Below, piece by piece: positions 19,162 through 27,451 of a DNA stretch of 42,476 nt; the stretch's first letter is position 1, and each line of letters starts with the position of its first letter. A model generated the notes under the pieces. That model saw only the letters and a program-made list of their open reading frames with translations, was not told the DNA's origin and made no database searches. The position numbers were made by a program, and so were the translations under genes. Origin of the DNA: Escherichia phage forsur; the sequence record MN850617.1. The stretch is one strand, 5' to 3'.

Positions 19162-21533
19162 TGGCGAACAGCTATAACACTTACGTGGCGAACGGTTCGC
19201 AGACCGCGTTCCTCGTTACGTTTGAGCAGCGCGTGTTCACACAGATTCAGGTGTACCTCAACTCCGAACTCCAAACGAGCGGGTACACCTACAACTCTGT
19301 GACCAAACAGATTGTCTTTGACACCGCCCCGCTCGCCGGGGTGATTGTCCGTTTGCAACGCTACACCTCTGAGACTCTGCTGAACAAGTTCGGACAGGAC
19401 GCTGCCTTTACGGGCAGCAACCTCGACGAGAACTTCGAGCAGATTCTGTTCAAGGCTGAGGAAACTCAGGAAGCATGGCTCGCGCCGCTTGACCGCGCCG
19501 TCCGTGTCCCGAACTCCGAAGTCTCCATCAACGCATTACCGAACGTCGCTGGCCGCCGCAACAAGGCACTGGGCTTTGACAGCAATGGCCAGCCGTTCAT
19601 GATTCCTCTGGTTGATATCCCTGACTCCGCGCTGGCGATTGCTCTGGCAATGGCTGACGGCGGTAAGTGGATTGGTACACTGGGCGGCGGTACGTTCCTC
19701 GACCGTCAGGATACCGTGTGCCTGTCAGAGTTCACCAACAACACCGGGTATGCCTCTGTCGCCGCTGCGGTACAAGCGTGCTTCGATTATGCCAAGGCTA
19801 ACCACAAGACTGTGGATGCCCGTGGTTGGGTCGGTACTGTCAACTCTACTGTCCTGATGGACGGTATTGAGGTTGTCGGCGGCACTTGGAACGGTACGGC
19901 TGATATCCGGCTGCTGGATTCCACATTCCGCGACTTCAAAGCCTCCACTGTCCGTGTCTGTTACTGGGGTGGTAAGGTTCGCATCTCTGATTATGAGTTC
20001 ACTGGTGCGCCGTCGAACTCCAAAGTAGCGAGCATCCTGTTCCAAGGTAACATCGCCGGGGGCAGCTACGTTATTGAGAACGGTATCCACCGCAATGGCA
20101 AGTTCGGTATTCTCCAGCAGGGTACTGGTGAGGCTATCGACAACGGCGTTATCCGCAACATCGCTATGATGAATATGCTGGGTGACGGCATCGAGATGAA
20201 CGTAATCAACAAGCACTATGATGGTGGCCTGCTGATTGAGAACATCTACCTCGAAGACCTCGACGGTACGACCGCTCCTATCCCTCTGTCCAACTGGGGC
20301 ATCGGTATCGGTATCGCTGGTCAAGGCCCGTTCGGTTGGGATGCTGCTGAAACGCAGTACGCCAAGAACGTGGTTGTCCGTAACGTCCATGCTCCGCGTG
20401 GTGTGCGTCAGGTTGTCCACTTCGAAGTTACCCGCGACAGCGTGTGCGAGAACGTGTTCTGTAACCCTGACCTCGCTGTGTCAACTGGTACTGGCCTGAC
20501 GGCGGCAGGTGTAATCACCTACGGCTGCAAGCGAATGACCATTGACGGCGTGGCTGGTGAGCCAATCAACACTGGCGCAACCTCTCCTAACGCGATTCGT
20601 CTCGTTATGTTGGAGTGGGGTGCGAACCAAGCAGGTGCAGGCGGTACGCCGGGCGCGGCATGTCCTTCGTTTGACATGACTGTGCGCAACGTGCAGACCC
20701 GTACCGGACGCTTCTATGCTGGCGTTGGCTCTGATGACGTGAACAACAACACGTACCATCTGGAAAACATCCACTGCCATACGATGAGTCTGTTCGGCGT
20801 GGCAACGCTGCTGAATATGACCAACGTGACCGGGGTAGTGTTCGATGCTGTAGGCGATGACTCCAGCGGCGGTACTTCATCCAACGGCCTATACCCGCGT
20901 AAGAAGACTGTTCTCAACATGGTGAACGTGAACTTCTACGGCGATGGCATGACTGAGGGTGCGCTGTACAGTAAGGCTCGCTATTCGGATATCAGTACGC
21001 TGAACTCCAACGTGCGTGCTATCCCGTACACCAACATCCAAGGTAACGTAGGCGTCATCCTGTCTCCGGTCAACCGCATGTACACGCTGCCGAATAACCT
21101 TGCAACCCTGACTGGTGGGGAGTTCCCGACTGGTAAAGAGTTCTGTGAGGGGACGGTGCTGTTTAAGACTGACGGCTCTGGTGGCAACTTCATCGTGACT
21201 GGCTTCGGCGCGTACATCCCGGATGACGGGAACAACTTCAAGGTGCGTGCTGCTGCCGCTGGCCAGACGTATCTTGAGCAGAACCTGACTCCGGCTGGTA
21301 CTCAGGCTTCCACCTCGTGGCTGTACCATAAGCCTATCTCGGCTGGTACTCGTCTACAGGTGCCGGGCGCTGGCGCTGGTGGTGCGCCCTTGACGGTTAC
21401 GGTGGTTCGTGCGCCTTATCAGGTGGACAATAACATCGGGAACCCGGTACGCATCGACATTACCCCGGCGCTCGTGACGGCTATCCCTGCTGGGACTCAG
21501 CTCGCCGCGACGTACCCGGTCACTTATATCTAA
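19161..21533 (+). CDS. tail fiber / tailspike with T7 gp17-like N-terminal anchor and probable right-handed beta-helix (depolymerase-like) body
   Basis: 790 aa; N-terminal ~110 aa (MANSYNTYVANGS...VRLQRYTSETLLNKFGQDAAF) parallel recalled T7 gp17 N-domain; middle region has repetitive (I/V)xNG(I/V) beta-helix-like rungs (IENGIHRNGKFGI, IDNGVIRNIAMMN). Confidence 0.85.
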   Translation: MANSYNTYVANGSQTAFLVTFEQRVFTQIQVYLNSELQTSGYTYNSVTKQIVFDTAPLAGVIVRLQRYTSETLLNKFGQDAAFTGSNLDENFEQILFKAEETQEAWLAPLDRAVRVPNSEVSINALPNVAGRRNKALGFDSNGQPFMIPLVDIPDSALAIALAMADGGKWIGTLGGGTFLDRQDTVCLSEFTNNTGYASVAAAVQACFDYAKANHKTVDARGWVGTVNSTVLMDGIEVVGGTWNGTADIRLLDSTFRDFKASTVRVCYWGGKVRISDYEFTGAPSNSKVASILFQGNIAGGSYVIENGIHRNGKFGILQQGTGEAIDNGVIRNIAMMNMLGDGIEMNVINKHYDGGLLIENIYLEDLDGTTAPIPLSNWGIGIGIAGQGPFGWDAAETQYAKNVVVRNVHAPRGVRQVVHFEVTRDSVCENVFCNPDLAVSTGTGLTAAGVITYGCKRMTIDGVAGEPINTGATSPNAIRLVMLEWGANQAGAGGTPGAACPSFDMTVRNVQTRTGRFYAGVGSDDVNNNTYHLENIHCHTMSLFGVATLLNMTNVTGVVFDAVGDDSSGGTSSNGLYPRKKTVLNMVNVNFYGDGMTEGALYSKARYSDISTLNSNVRAIPYTNIQGNVGVILSPVNRMYTLPNNLATLTGGEFPTGKEFCEGTVLFKTDGSGGNFIVTGFGAYIPDDGNNFKVRAAAAGQTYLEQNLTPAGTQASTSWLYHKPISAGTRLQVPGAGAGGAPLTVTVVRAPYQVDNNIGNPVRIDITPALVTAIPAGTQLAATYPVTYI

Positions 21534-21542
21534 GGAGAAACC

Positions 21543-21848
21543 ATGGCATCCGTGAACAAGCAGCTCGACGGGCTGCACCGGATGCTGGTGGAGTATCTGT
21601 CCGACCGCTTGGCCGACGCACGTAGGAAAGATGAGAACGGTAATATCATCGAACCTATGGCGGCGGCTGAGCTGTCCGTGCTTCGCCAGTTCCTGAAAGA
21701 CAACGGCATTCAGGCTGATAAAGACCACGCTGACGACCTGCTCGCGCTGCAAGAACAGCTCAACAACGAGAAGACCGAGGCTGGCCGCAAGGATATCATG
21801 ACTGCTGCCATCAACTCAATCGCAGAAGATAGCGGGATGATGCACTAA
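21543..21848 (+). CDS. terminase small subunit (putative)
   Basis: 101-aa ORF immediately upstream of the large terminase gene; call is by position and size. Confidence 0.6.
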   Translation: MASVNKQLDGLHRMLVEYLSDRLADARRKDENGNIIEPMAAAELSVLRQFLKDNGIQADKDHADDLLALQEQLNNEKTEAGRKDIMTAAINSIAEDSGMMH

Positions 21849-23608
21849 TGGATTTACAACGCCGCATGGTGATGGCAGGAATCGTTCGCGCTCACTACGA
21901 GAACAACTTCCCGCTGTTCCTGCACGACTACTTCGCATGGCTGGGCTTTGACCTCACTGAAATGCAGCTCGACATTGGCCGCTACATGGCCGACCGGACG
22001 CTCAAGAACAAGTGCGTCATGGCGCAGCGTGGTGAGGCTAAGTCCACCATCGGCATTGCTCGCGCTCTGTACGAATTTGTGCAGATGCCGAACGCTACTG
22101 TCCTGCTCGTATCCGGTTCCGACGACTATGCTGGTACGCTGTCGCACGCTATCGTGTCGGCTATCATGCAATGGGACAGGTTGGAATGGTTACGCCCGGA
22201 GACTCGCGCTGGCGCACGTACATCGTACACCGATGGCTTCGACGTGCATCACGCATTCCGTATCCCTGACAAACAACCCTCTGTAAAAGCGGTCGGTATC
22301 TTCGGCCAGTTACAGGGGAACCACGTATCGCTGTTGATTGCCGATGACGTGGAGACTACCAGTAACGGTAGCTCTCCTGCCAACCGCGCCCGTATCAACA
22401 CCCTGACCAAAGAGTTCGCGGCTATCGCCAACGATGGTGCAGAGATTCTGTACCTCGGCACGCCACAGACTCAGGACTCCATCTACAACACGCTCCCGCA
22501 GCGTGGCTTCGACGTTCGCATCTGGCCCGGTCGTTTCCCAACGGTTGAGGAAGAAGAACGCTATGGCGGTTGTCTGGCCCCATGGATTAAGCAGAAGATG
22601 GAGGGCCACCCGGAACTTCGCACAGGCTACGGTATCCTTGGAAACCGTGGTGCGCAGACCGACCCGCAACGCTACTCCGAAGAAAAGCAGTTGCAGAACG
22701 AACGAGACTACCAGCAGGCAGGCTTCCAGTTGCAGTTCATGCTGGACACTTCTCTGTCGGATGCTCTCAAACAGACCTTGCATCTCAAGGACTTAATCTT
22801 CTTCCACGGCTCGCCTATCTCCGCGCCGGAAGTCTTGCATTGGTCGAATCACCCACGGCACGCCGCCGAGCTGCCACTGGATTTCCCACTCGCTCGTGCG
22901 CAGCTATTCTTGGCTGCTGATTTCTCGGACACTTATGTACCATTCGAAAATGCCTCGGCGTTTCTTGACCCTGCTGGTGGTGGGTCGGATGAATCAGTTA
23001 TCATCGTCACCGCTTCTATCGGCCCGTTTATCCACGTCCTTGGTATGCACGTCTACCACGGCGGCCAGACGGAGGAAAACATCCAGACGGCGGTGGCGTG
23101 GCTAGGTGAGCTGGGCTGCAAACGTCTCGTCATTGAGGACAACATGGGCCACGGCACCGTGACCAACATGTACCGAGGTGAGATTAAGCGGCAGAAGCTG
23201 ACCATGGGCTGCGAGGGTGTATACTCGTCCGGCCAGAAAGAGGTGCGTATCATCAACCGCCTCGGCCCAATCATGCAGCGCCACCGTGTGGTTATCCACT
23301 GGAGCGTTGTTGAAGAAGACCTGCGGTTATGCCGGGGTATGGCCAACGGTGGCCGTGAGTACAGCCTGTTCTGGCAGCTCCAGAACCTGACTCAAGACCG
23401 TCAATCCATCCCGCATGATGACCGAATTGAAACCTTAGCCGCTGCCGTGTACCTCCACGCCGAGGTGTTGCAGCAAGACGAAAACGAAGAAGCGGAGCGC
23501 CGTGCAGTCGCTGTGGCCAAAGAGTTCATCGCTAACCCTATGGGGTATGATGACCCGAAATGGCGCAGCCACAAGCCTGTACGCGGTACGCGACGGAGAA
23601 TTAGATAA
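21848..23608 (+). CDS. terminase large subunit
   Basis: 586 aa; KAVGIFGQLQGNHVSLLIADDVETTSNGSS...ILYLGTPQTQDSIYNTLPQRGFDVRIWP parallels recalled T7 gp19 ([30 protein letters not shown]...VIYLGTPQTEMTLY). Confidence 0.95.
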   Translation: MDLQRRMVMAGIVRAHYENNFPLFLHDYFAWLGFDLTEMQLDIGRYMADRTLKNKCVMAQRGEAKSTIGIARALYEFVQMPNATVLLVSGSDDYAGTLSHAIVSAIMQWDRLEWLRPETRAGARTSYTDGFDVHHAFRIPDKQPSVKAVGIFGQLQGNHVSLLIADDVETTSNGSSPANRARINTLTKEFAAIANDGAEILYLGTPQTQDSIYNTLPQRGFDVRIWPGRFPTVEEEERYGGCLAPWIKQKMEGHPELRTGYGILGNRGAQTDPQRYSEEKQLQNERDYQQAGFQLQFMLDTSLSDALKQTLHLKDLIFFHGSPISAPEVLHWSNHPRHAAELPLDFPLARAQLFLAADFSDTYVPFENASAFLDPAGGGSDESVIIVTASIGPFIHVLGMHVYHGGQTEENIQTAVAWLGELGCKRLVIEDNMGHGTVTNMYRGEIKRQKLTMGCEGVYSSGQKEVRIINRLGPIMQRHRVVIHWSVVEEDLRLCRGMANGGREYSLFWQLQNLTQDRQSIPHDDRIETLAAAVYLHAEVLQQDENEEAERRAVAVAKEFIANPMGYDDPKWRSHKPVRGTRRRIR

Positions 23609-24288
23609 TGTCCATCATCACCATCACTGATGCTCAGCGGTATGAGCTTGGTTATCGCTGCGGTATCGCAGCTAACGAGACTCAGCGCTTCATCAATGAC
23701 ACCCGTGCAGTGACGGCAGCTCAGGCTGCTGACATTGAAACGGCTATCACCAATCTGGTGGCGGCACTTGAGGCTGCTGGCTATGCTGGTACGCCGGAAG
23801 GTTCCGCTCTGCTGGCTGACGGCGCTACTGTATCTGTGGTCAACTCCGCAGGCAACGACGCGCACAATGCCACAGCCAACGTTACTGGCACCACGCTGGA
23901 TAATGTACAGCTCGTCCTGTCTACCGCAGCACTGGTAGACCACACTGACGCAACTGAGATTCGTCGCTTCGACGGCTCTATCCTTGGCATCACCACCGCT
24001 ACGGCCCGTGTAGCTGATGGTCTGCTGAGCAACGTGCGGCTCCCGGCCAACGCTGATGCAGTGGTTAACGGTACGGCTTATTCCGTCCGTAACTCTGCTG
24101 GCGCTGATGGCCACAACGCCACCGCTGTCGTGGCAAGCAACGGTGCTCTCTCCGGCTTCAACCTCGCCGCTACTGTGGCTATGGTGGATAACGGTGATGC
24201 ACTGGCAATCCCGGTCACTGGCACGTACACCAACACCGTGACCTTCGCTGTTTCCGCTGGTGCAATCACTGGCATTACCCTCTCTTAA
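23608..24288 (+). CDS. hypothetical protein with internal sequence repeat
   Basis: 226 aa; two similar segments (TVSVVNSAGNDAHNATANVTG / YSVRNSAGADGHNATAVVASNG); Ala/Thr/Gly/Asn-rich; located between terminase and lysis genes. Confidence 0.6.
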   Translation: MSIITITDAQRYELGYRCGIAANETQRFINDTRAVTAAQAADIETAITNLVAALEAAGYAGTPEGSALLADGATVSVVNSAGNDAHNATANVTGTTLDNVQLVLSTAALVDHTDATEIRRFDGSILGITTATARVADGLLSNVRLPANADAVVNGTAYSVRNSAGADGHNATAVVASNGALSGFNLAATVAMVDNGDALAIPVTGTYTNTVTFAVSAGAITGITLS

Positions 24289-24299
24289 TAGGAGTCTTT

Positions 24300-24485
24300 A
24301 TGGCACTTGTAGATTCTACCGCAGCCGAACGTGCAGAGTTCGTGGCAGCCTGTAATATGGCGGCTAAGTACCTGAACGTGTGGACTGAGGACTACTTCTT
24401 CGATACCACCAACACCACTCTGGTGGCGGCGTATCAGGCGTATGTCACTCGTGTGTCCAACGCGCTCACTGCGCTGACCAACTAA
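24300..24485 (+). CDS. hypothetical protein (61 aa)
   Basis: ORF in track, RBS AGGAG upstream. Confidence 0.5.
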   Translation: MALVDSTAAERAEFVAACNMAAKYLNVWTEDYFFDTTNTTLVAAYQAYVTRVSNALTALTN

Positions 24486-24494
24486 GGGGTCAAT

Positions 24495-24983
24495 ATGAAA
24501 CTGTCTCGGCTTATGGCCGGGGCAGTCCTGTCACTGTCCTTGACTTTGACGGGCTGCTCCGCAACAAGCGCACTGTCTGCTGTAACCTCGGCTGTCTCTC
24601 CCAATAAGCCGGAACTAACGGCACAGGTTGGCGCAGAGAACACGAAACAGGGCATCGGCTTGACTGCGAAACAGTCCGACGAAACGAAGGTCGGTGACGT
24701 ATCTGGTAACGCGCAAGTGGATACCGCTAAACAGGGTAGTGATTCGACGACTGTGAAGGACGTCACAGGAGGCTCTGTAAACGCTTCTAAGCAGGGTTCG
24801 CAGATTACCAATGGAAACGTGCAGGCTAAGACTATCGTGGTCTCTCAGAGCGACCCACGCAGTCTCCTGTGGGCATTTGGCATGGGCCTTACTTGTATCT
24901 TAGGTCTGGTGATGTGGTTTGTACCATCTCCGTGGAAGAAGAAGGTGAAAGATGACGGAAGCAAAGAAGGAGCCAGCTCCTAA
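24495..24983 (+). CDS. lipoprotein with C-terminal transmembrane segment (unimolecular-spanin-like)
   Basis: N-terminus MKLSRLMAGAVLSLSLTLTGCS is a signal peptide with lipobox LTGC; C-terminus LLWAFGMGLTCILGLVMWFV is a hydrophobic helix followed by KKK; RBS AAGGGG upstream. Confidence 0.6.
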   Translation: MKLSRLMAGAVLSLSLTLTGCSATSALSAVTSAVSPNKPELTAQVGAENTKQGIGLTAKQSDETKVGDVSGNAQVDTAKQGSDSTTVKDVTGGSVNASKQGSQITNGNVQAKTIVVSQSDPRSLLWAFGMGLTCILGLVMWFVPSPWKKKVKDDGSKEGASS

Positions 24984-25335
24984 CATCCACTCGCGTATGG
25001 GCGCTGTGGAGGCTCGTATGCAATCCGTAGAAACACGCCTCGACAAACACGAGATTCAAATCGCCAACCTTGAGAAAGGTGACGCTGCTATGCTGGCCAA
25101 GCTATCGGAGAACGACTCCCGGTGGCTGGAGATTCAGCAGCAGCTCCGTGTCGTCGAGCAAATTCAGGACATTCAAAAGACTATGAGCCACATCGGTAAG
25201 CTGTTCTCTTACGCGGCTCACGCCGTCAAGTGGTGTCTCCTGACCGCTTCACTCGTTAGCGGTATCTATCTTGCGGTCAAGGCTGGCGACCTAACGGCGC
25301 TCCAGTCCTTTATCACAACGATTATGGGGATGTAA
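24952..25335 (+). CDS. holin candidate (coiled-coil N-terminal region, C-terminal TMD)
   Basis: 127 aa; hydrophobic segment VKWCLLTASLVSGIYLAV near the C-terminus; overlaps the lipoprotein gene and directly precedes the endolysin gene. Confidence 0.4.
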   Translation: MTEAKKEPAPNIHSRMGAVEARMQSVETRLDKHEIQIANLEKGDAAMLAKLSENDSRWLEIQQQLRVVEQIQDIQKTMSHIGKLFSYAAHAVKWCLLTASLVSGIYLAVKAGDLTALQSFITTIMGM

Positions 25336-25871
25336 TGACTAACTTTGAAATCTGTATGAAGTTCACCGGGCTGGCCGAGGGTGGATACACCAAGCTGCCC
25401 GGTGACACTGGAGGGGAAACCAACCATGGAATTAGTGACGCTCGTGATGGGAAGCTGGATGGCAGAGCTTGTGGTGTCCCTACTGGGCTTGGCGGCACTG
25501 TGTGCGTGCCTATCAAAGACCTCACCAAAGAGCAAGCCGAGGCAATCTATCGCCGGGACTACTACAGCCCCATCAGAGGTGACGAGCTTCACCCTGCGAT
25601 TGCATGTGCCGTGTTTGATTACGGCGTCAACTCCGGCATCTCCCGTGCTGCTAAAGCTCTACAGCGGGTATGCGGCGTTGCACAGGACGGGGACATTGGT
25701 ACTGTCACCTTGGAAGCAGCACAACGTCTGGAACCTCACGCCGCAGCAGCAGCCATCTGTGACCTTCGTATTGCGTTCCTAAAGGCTTCTAAAGCCCCGA
25801 CAGTCGTTCGGTATAGGGATGCCTTGGTTGCTCGTGCAAAACGCTGTAGCGCTTACTGTGCGACGCTGTAG
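25335..25871 (+). CDS. endolysin, GH108-type muramidase domain with peptidoglycan-binding-like C-terminal region
   Basis: N-terminus FTGLAEGGYTKLPGDTGGETNHGIS matches the recalled GH108 signature (EGGY...D.GG.T..GI); C-terminal AAKALQRVCGVAQDGDIGTVT resembles PG-binding repeats; no signal peptide. Confidence 0.8.
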   Translation: MTNFEICMKFTGLAEGGYTKLPGDTGGETNHGISDARDGKLDGRACGVPTGLGGTVCVPIKDLTKEQAEAIYRRDYYSPIRGDELHPAIACAVFDYGVNSGISRAAKALQRVCGVAQDGDIGTVTLEAAQRLEPHAAAAAICDLRIAFLKASKAPTVVRYRDALVARAKRCSAYCATL

Positions 25872-26039
25872 GGGCATCTGAAAGCTGACACATTGAACAG
25901 GCCGTGGGTGCAATACCCCGGCTTGAAAATTGAACGTTTATGCGTGGGCCTCCCTCGACCCGAATGACCGCGCGTACCCCCATGACGTGTGCGCGGATTA
26001 GCCTCGCGACGTGCGCGATATTGCTCGCGTGCGCTGCGC

Positions 26040-26450
26040 GGCGCGTCAAGAGGATTGCCTGCGTGCGGTATAGCTCGTGCGTGTCGCGTTTCATCGTCTG
26101 CCGTGTGGCGTGCTGTGCGCTGTCCTGCTGGCTGTGCTGTGCGGTGCTGTCCTATGGGGACGCTCTGCGCTGGCTGTGCTGTGCTGCGTGCTGCGCTCGG
26201 TCGGGCGGGTATCTGTCTCTTTTGCCGTGGTACGCTCTGCGCCGTGGTGGTGCTGTGTGGTGGTGGTGCTGCCGTGGTGCTGTCCTGTCTGCTGGTCTAC
26301 TGTCTGCGCCGCCAGCTCTGCGCGTCATGCTCTGCTACCTGCTGCTACTGTCCTACTGCGTTCACTGGCTGCCGCCTGTCATCCTGTCGGATTCCATCCG
26401 TTGCCGTTCCGCGCTCGCTTGTTTCGGCTGCGCCGCGCTCGCTCTGCGTA
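26040..26450. repeat. A-depleted (C/G/T only on + strand) low-complexity block with degenerate GCTG/CTGTG/GGTG repeats; candidate terminal-repeat region
   Basis: Adenine is nearly absent on the + strand over ~400 bp, so no + frame contains a stop; non-coding position between the last late gene and the early promoters. Confidence 0.6.
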
Positions 26451-26462
26451 TCTAGCGATACA

Positions 26463-26485
26463 TATCACTATAGTCACTTTCATAA
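26463..26485 (-). promoter_or_regulatory. inverted exact copy of the T7-class promoter-like element at 4585..4607 (would fire leftward into the A-depleted block)
   Basis: + strand TATCACTATAGTCACTTTCATAA is the reverse complement of 4585..4607 (23/23). Confidence 0.4.
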
Positions 26486-26499
26486 TTATCTATTGATAT

Positions 26500-26590
26500 C
26501 AGTAACTTATAACCTATCTGATAACGGTATCTATCCTATGCAATAACCTATTCAATCAAATATTTATTCCTAATGATTACAGTAACTTAT
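26500..26590. repeat. AT-rich segment with 11-bp direct repeat CAGTAACTTAT (26500..26510 and 26580..26590)
   Basis: Read directly; copies are 80 bp apart, each preceded by TGAT; candidate origin or packaging iterons. Confidence 0.4.
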
Positions 26591-26622
26591 CCACTATTTG
26601 AGCTATTCAGTGAAAATAAATC

Positions 26623-26651
26623 TTGCAATGCTGTTTGTGATTTGCTGTAAT
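26623..26651 (+). promoter_or_regulatory. host sigma70-type early promoter P1
   Basis: -35 TTGCAA (26623..26628), 17-bp spacer, extended -10 TGcTGTAAT (hexamer 26646..26651); A-rich UP-like tract upstream. Confidence 0.6.
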
Positions 26652-26726
26652 TCTCATCGCCGGGTAGCAGAACATCGCTACACGGTGGCAAGACGGTAAC
26701 ACTGCTCTTTAACAATCTGGAGTGTA

Positions 26727-26755
26727 TTGACAAGGCAAGCTCACTATGCTGTAAT
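26727..26755 (+). promoter_or_regulatory. host sigma70-type early promoter P2
   Basis: -35 TTGACA (26727..26732), 17-bp spacer, extended -10 TGcTGTAAT (hexamer 26750..26755). Confidence 0.65.
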
Positions 26756-26863
26756 GCTTCCAGTCAGCCAGACAAGCCAAACAGTCATGGATAAAGACGT
26801 TAAAACCCGCGCAGGCTAACTGGTACGGATTATTCATCTCAGAATGGGCGCTGAATAAAACGG

Positions 26864-26892
26864 TTGACAGGATGAAACGAGTATGCTGTAAT
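26864..26892 (+). promoter_or_regulatory. host sigma70-type early promoter P3
   Basis: -35 TTGACA (26864..26869), 17-bp spacer, extended -10 TGcTGTAAT (hexamer 26887..26892); AATAAAA upstream. Confidence 0.65.
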
Positions 26893-26944
26893 ACGCTCCA
26901 GATTGACAGGGCAAGCAAGCCTGACAGTCAGTAGTAAAAAGTAG

Positions 26945-26973
26945 TTGACAAGCTGAATACACTGTGTTGTAAT
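26945..26973 (+). promoter_or_regulatory. host sigma70-type early promoter P4
   Basis: -35 TTGACA (26945..26950), 17-bp spacer, extended -10 TGtTGTAAT (hexamer 26968..26973); GTAAAAAG upstream. Confidence 0.65.
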
Positions 26974-27451
26974 CAGCACCGAGTTGGAAGGATGCAAAAC
27001 ATCCTGCTCTGAGTGAACGCAAACTGGCCGCGTAGTGTCACGGCTCACTGGGTATCCGCCGCAGGTTGGAACTGGGTGAGGCATCGCCGAAAGGCAACGG
27101 TATCGCAACAATGCTAACGCCGTAGGGGTAGCGCCTGATGCAAGGTAACGGAGAAGCGCGATAGACGCAGCGCAGTATCAGTACAATACCAAACGTCTTA
27201 TAAGGCGCGGAGTATAGCGGGTAGGTAGTCAAACGGCTTGTTAGCTGGCAACGGTGAGCAAGATACGCGACGGACTGCTGGAAGACTCCTGAGAGTGGAT
27301 GCAGACAATATCCACAGCGCGAAATGGGCGGGGCGATTTTTCAGGGTAGTGAATCCGACAAGCCAATCAATGCCACTGAGTGCAGACTGTACGGCGCGTC
27401 ACAATGGGTTCACTATCCACCTGAAAATAGCCAACAACTGGAGAAATAACT

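Noticed and set aside
25381-25782. Out-of-frame ORF embedded in the endolysin gene with a hydrophobic segment (embedded holin or spanin?)
   Set aside because: No RBS, non-canonical lipobox, and such ORFs are common by chance in GC-rich coding sequence; kept only as a remote possibility.
25940-26546. Three overlapping + strand ORFs (25940..26455, 25989..26546, 26077..26496) encoding Cys/Ala/Leu/Arg-rich products
   Set aside because: They arise because the region is almost free of adenine, so no stop codon can occur in any + frame; all three frames open simultaneously, with no RBS. Compositional artefact, not genes.
26975-27451. tRNA gene in the early leader
   Set aside because: No T-loop-like GTTCRANYC sequence or cloverleaf-compatible stems found; GGGTTCACTATCC lacks the consensus.
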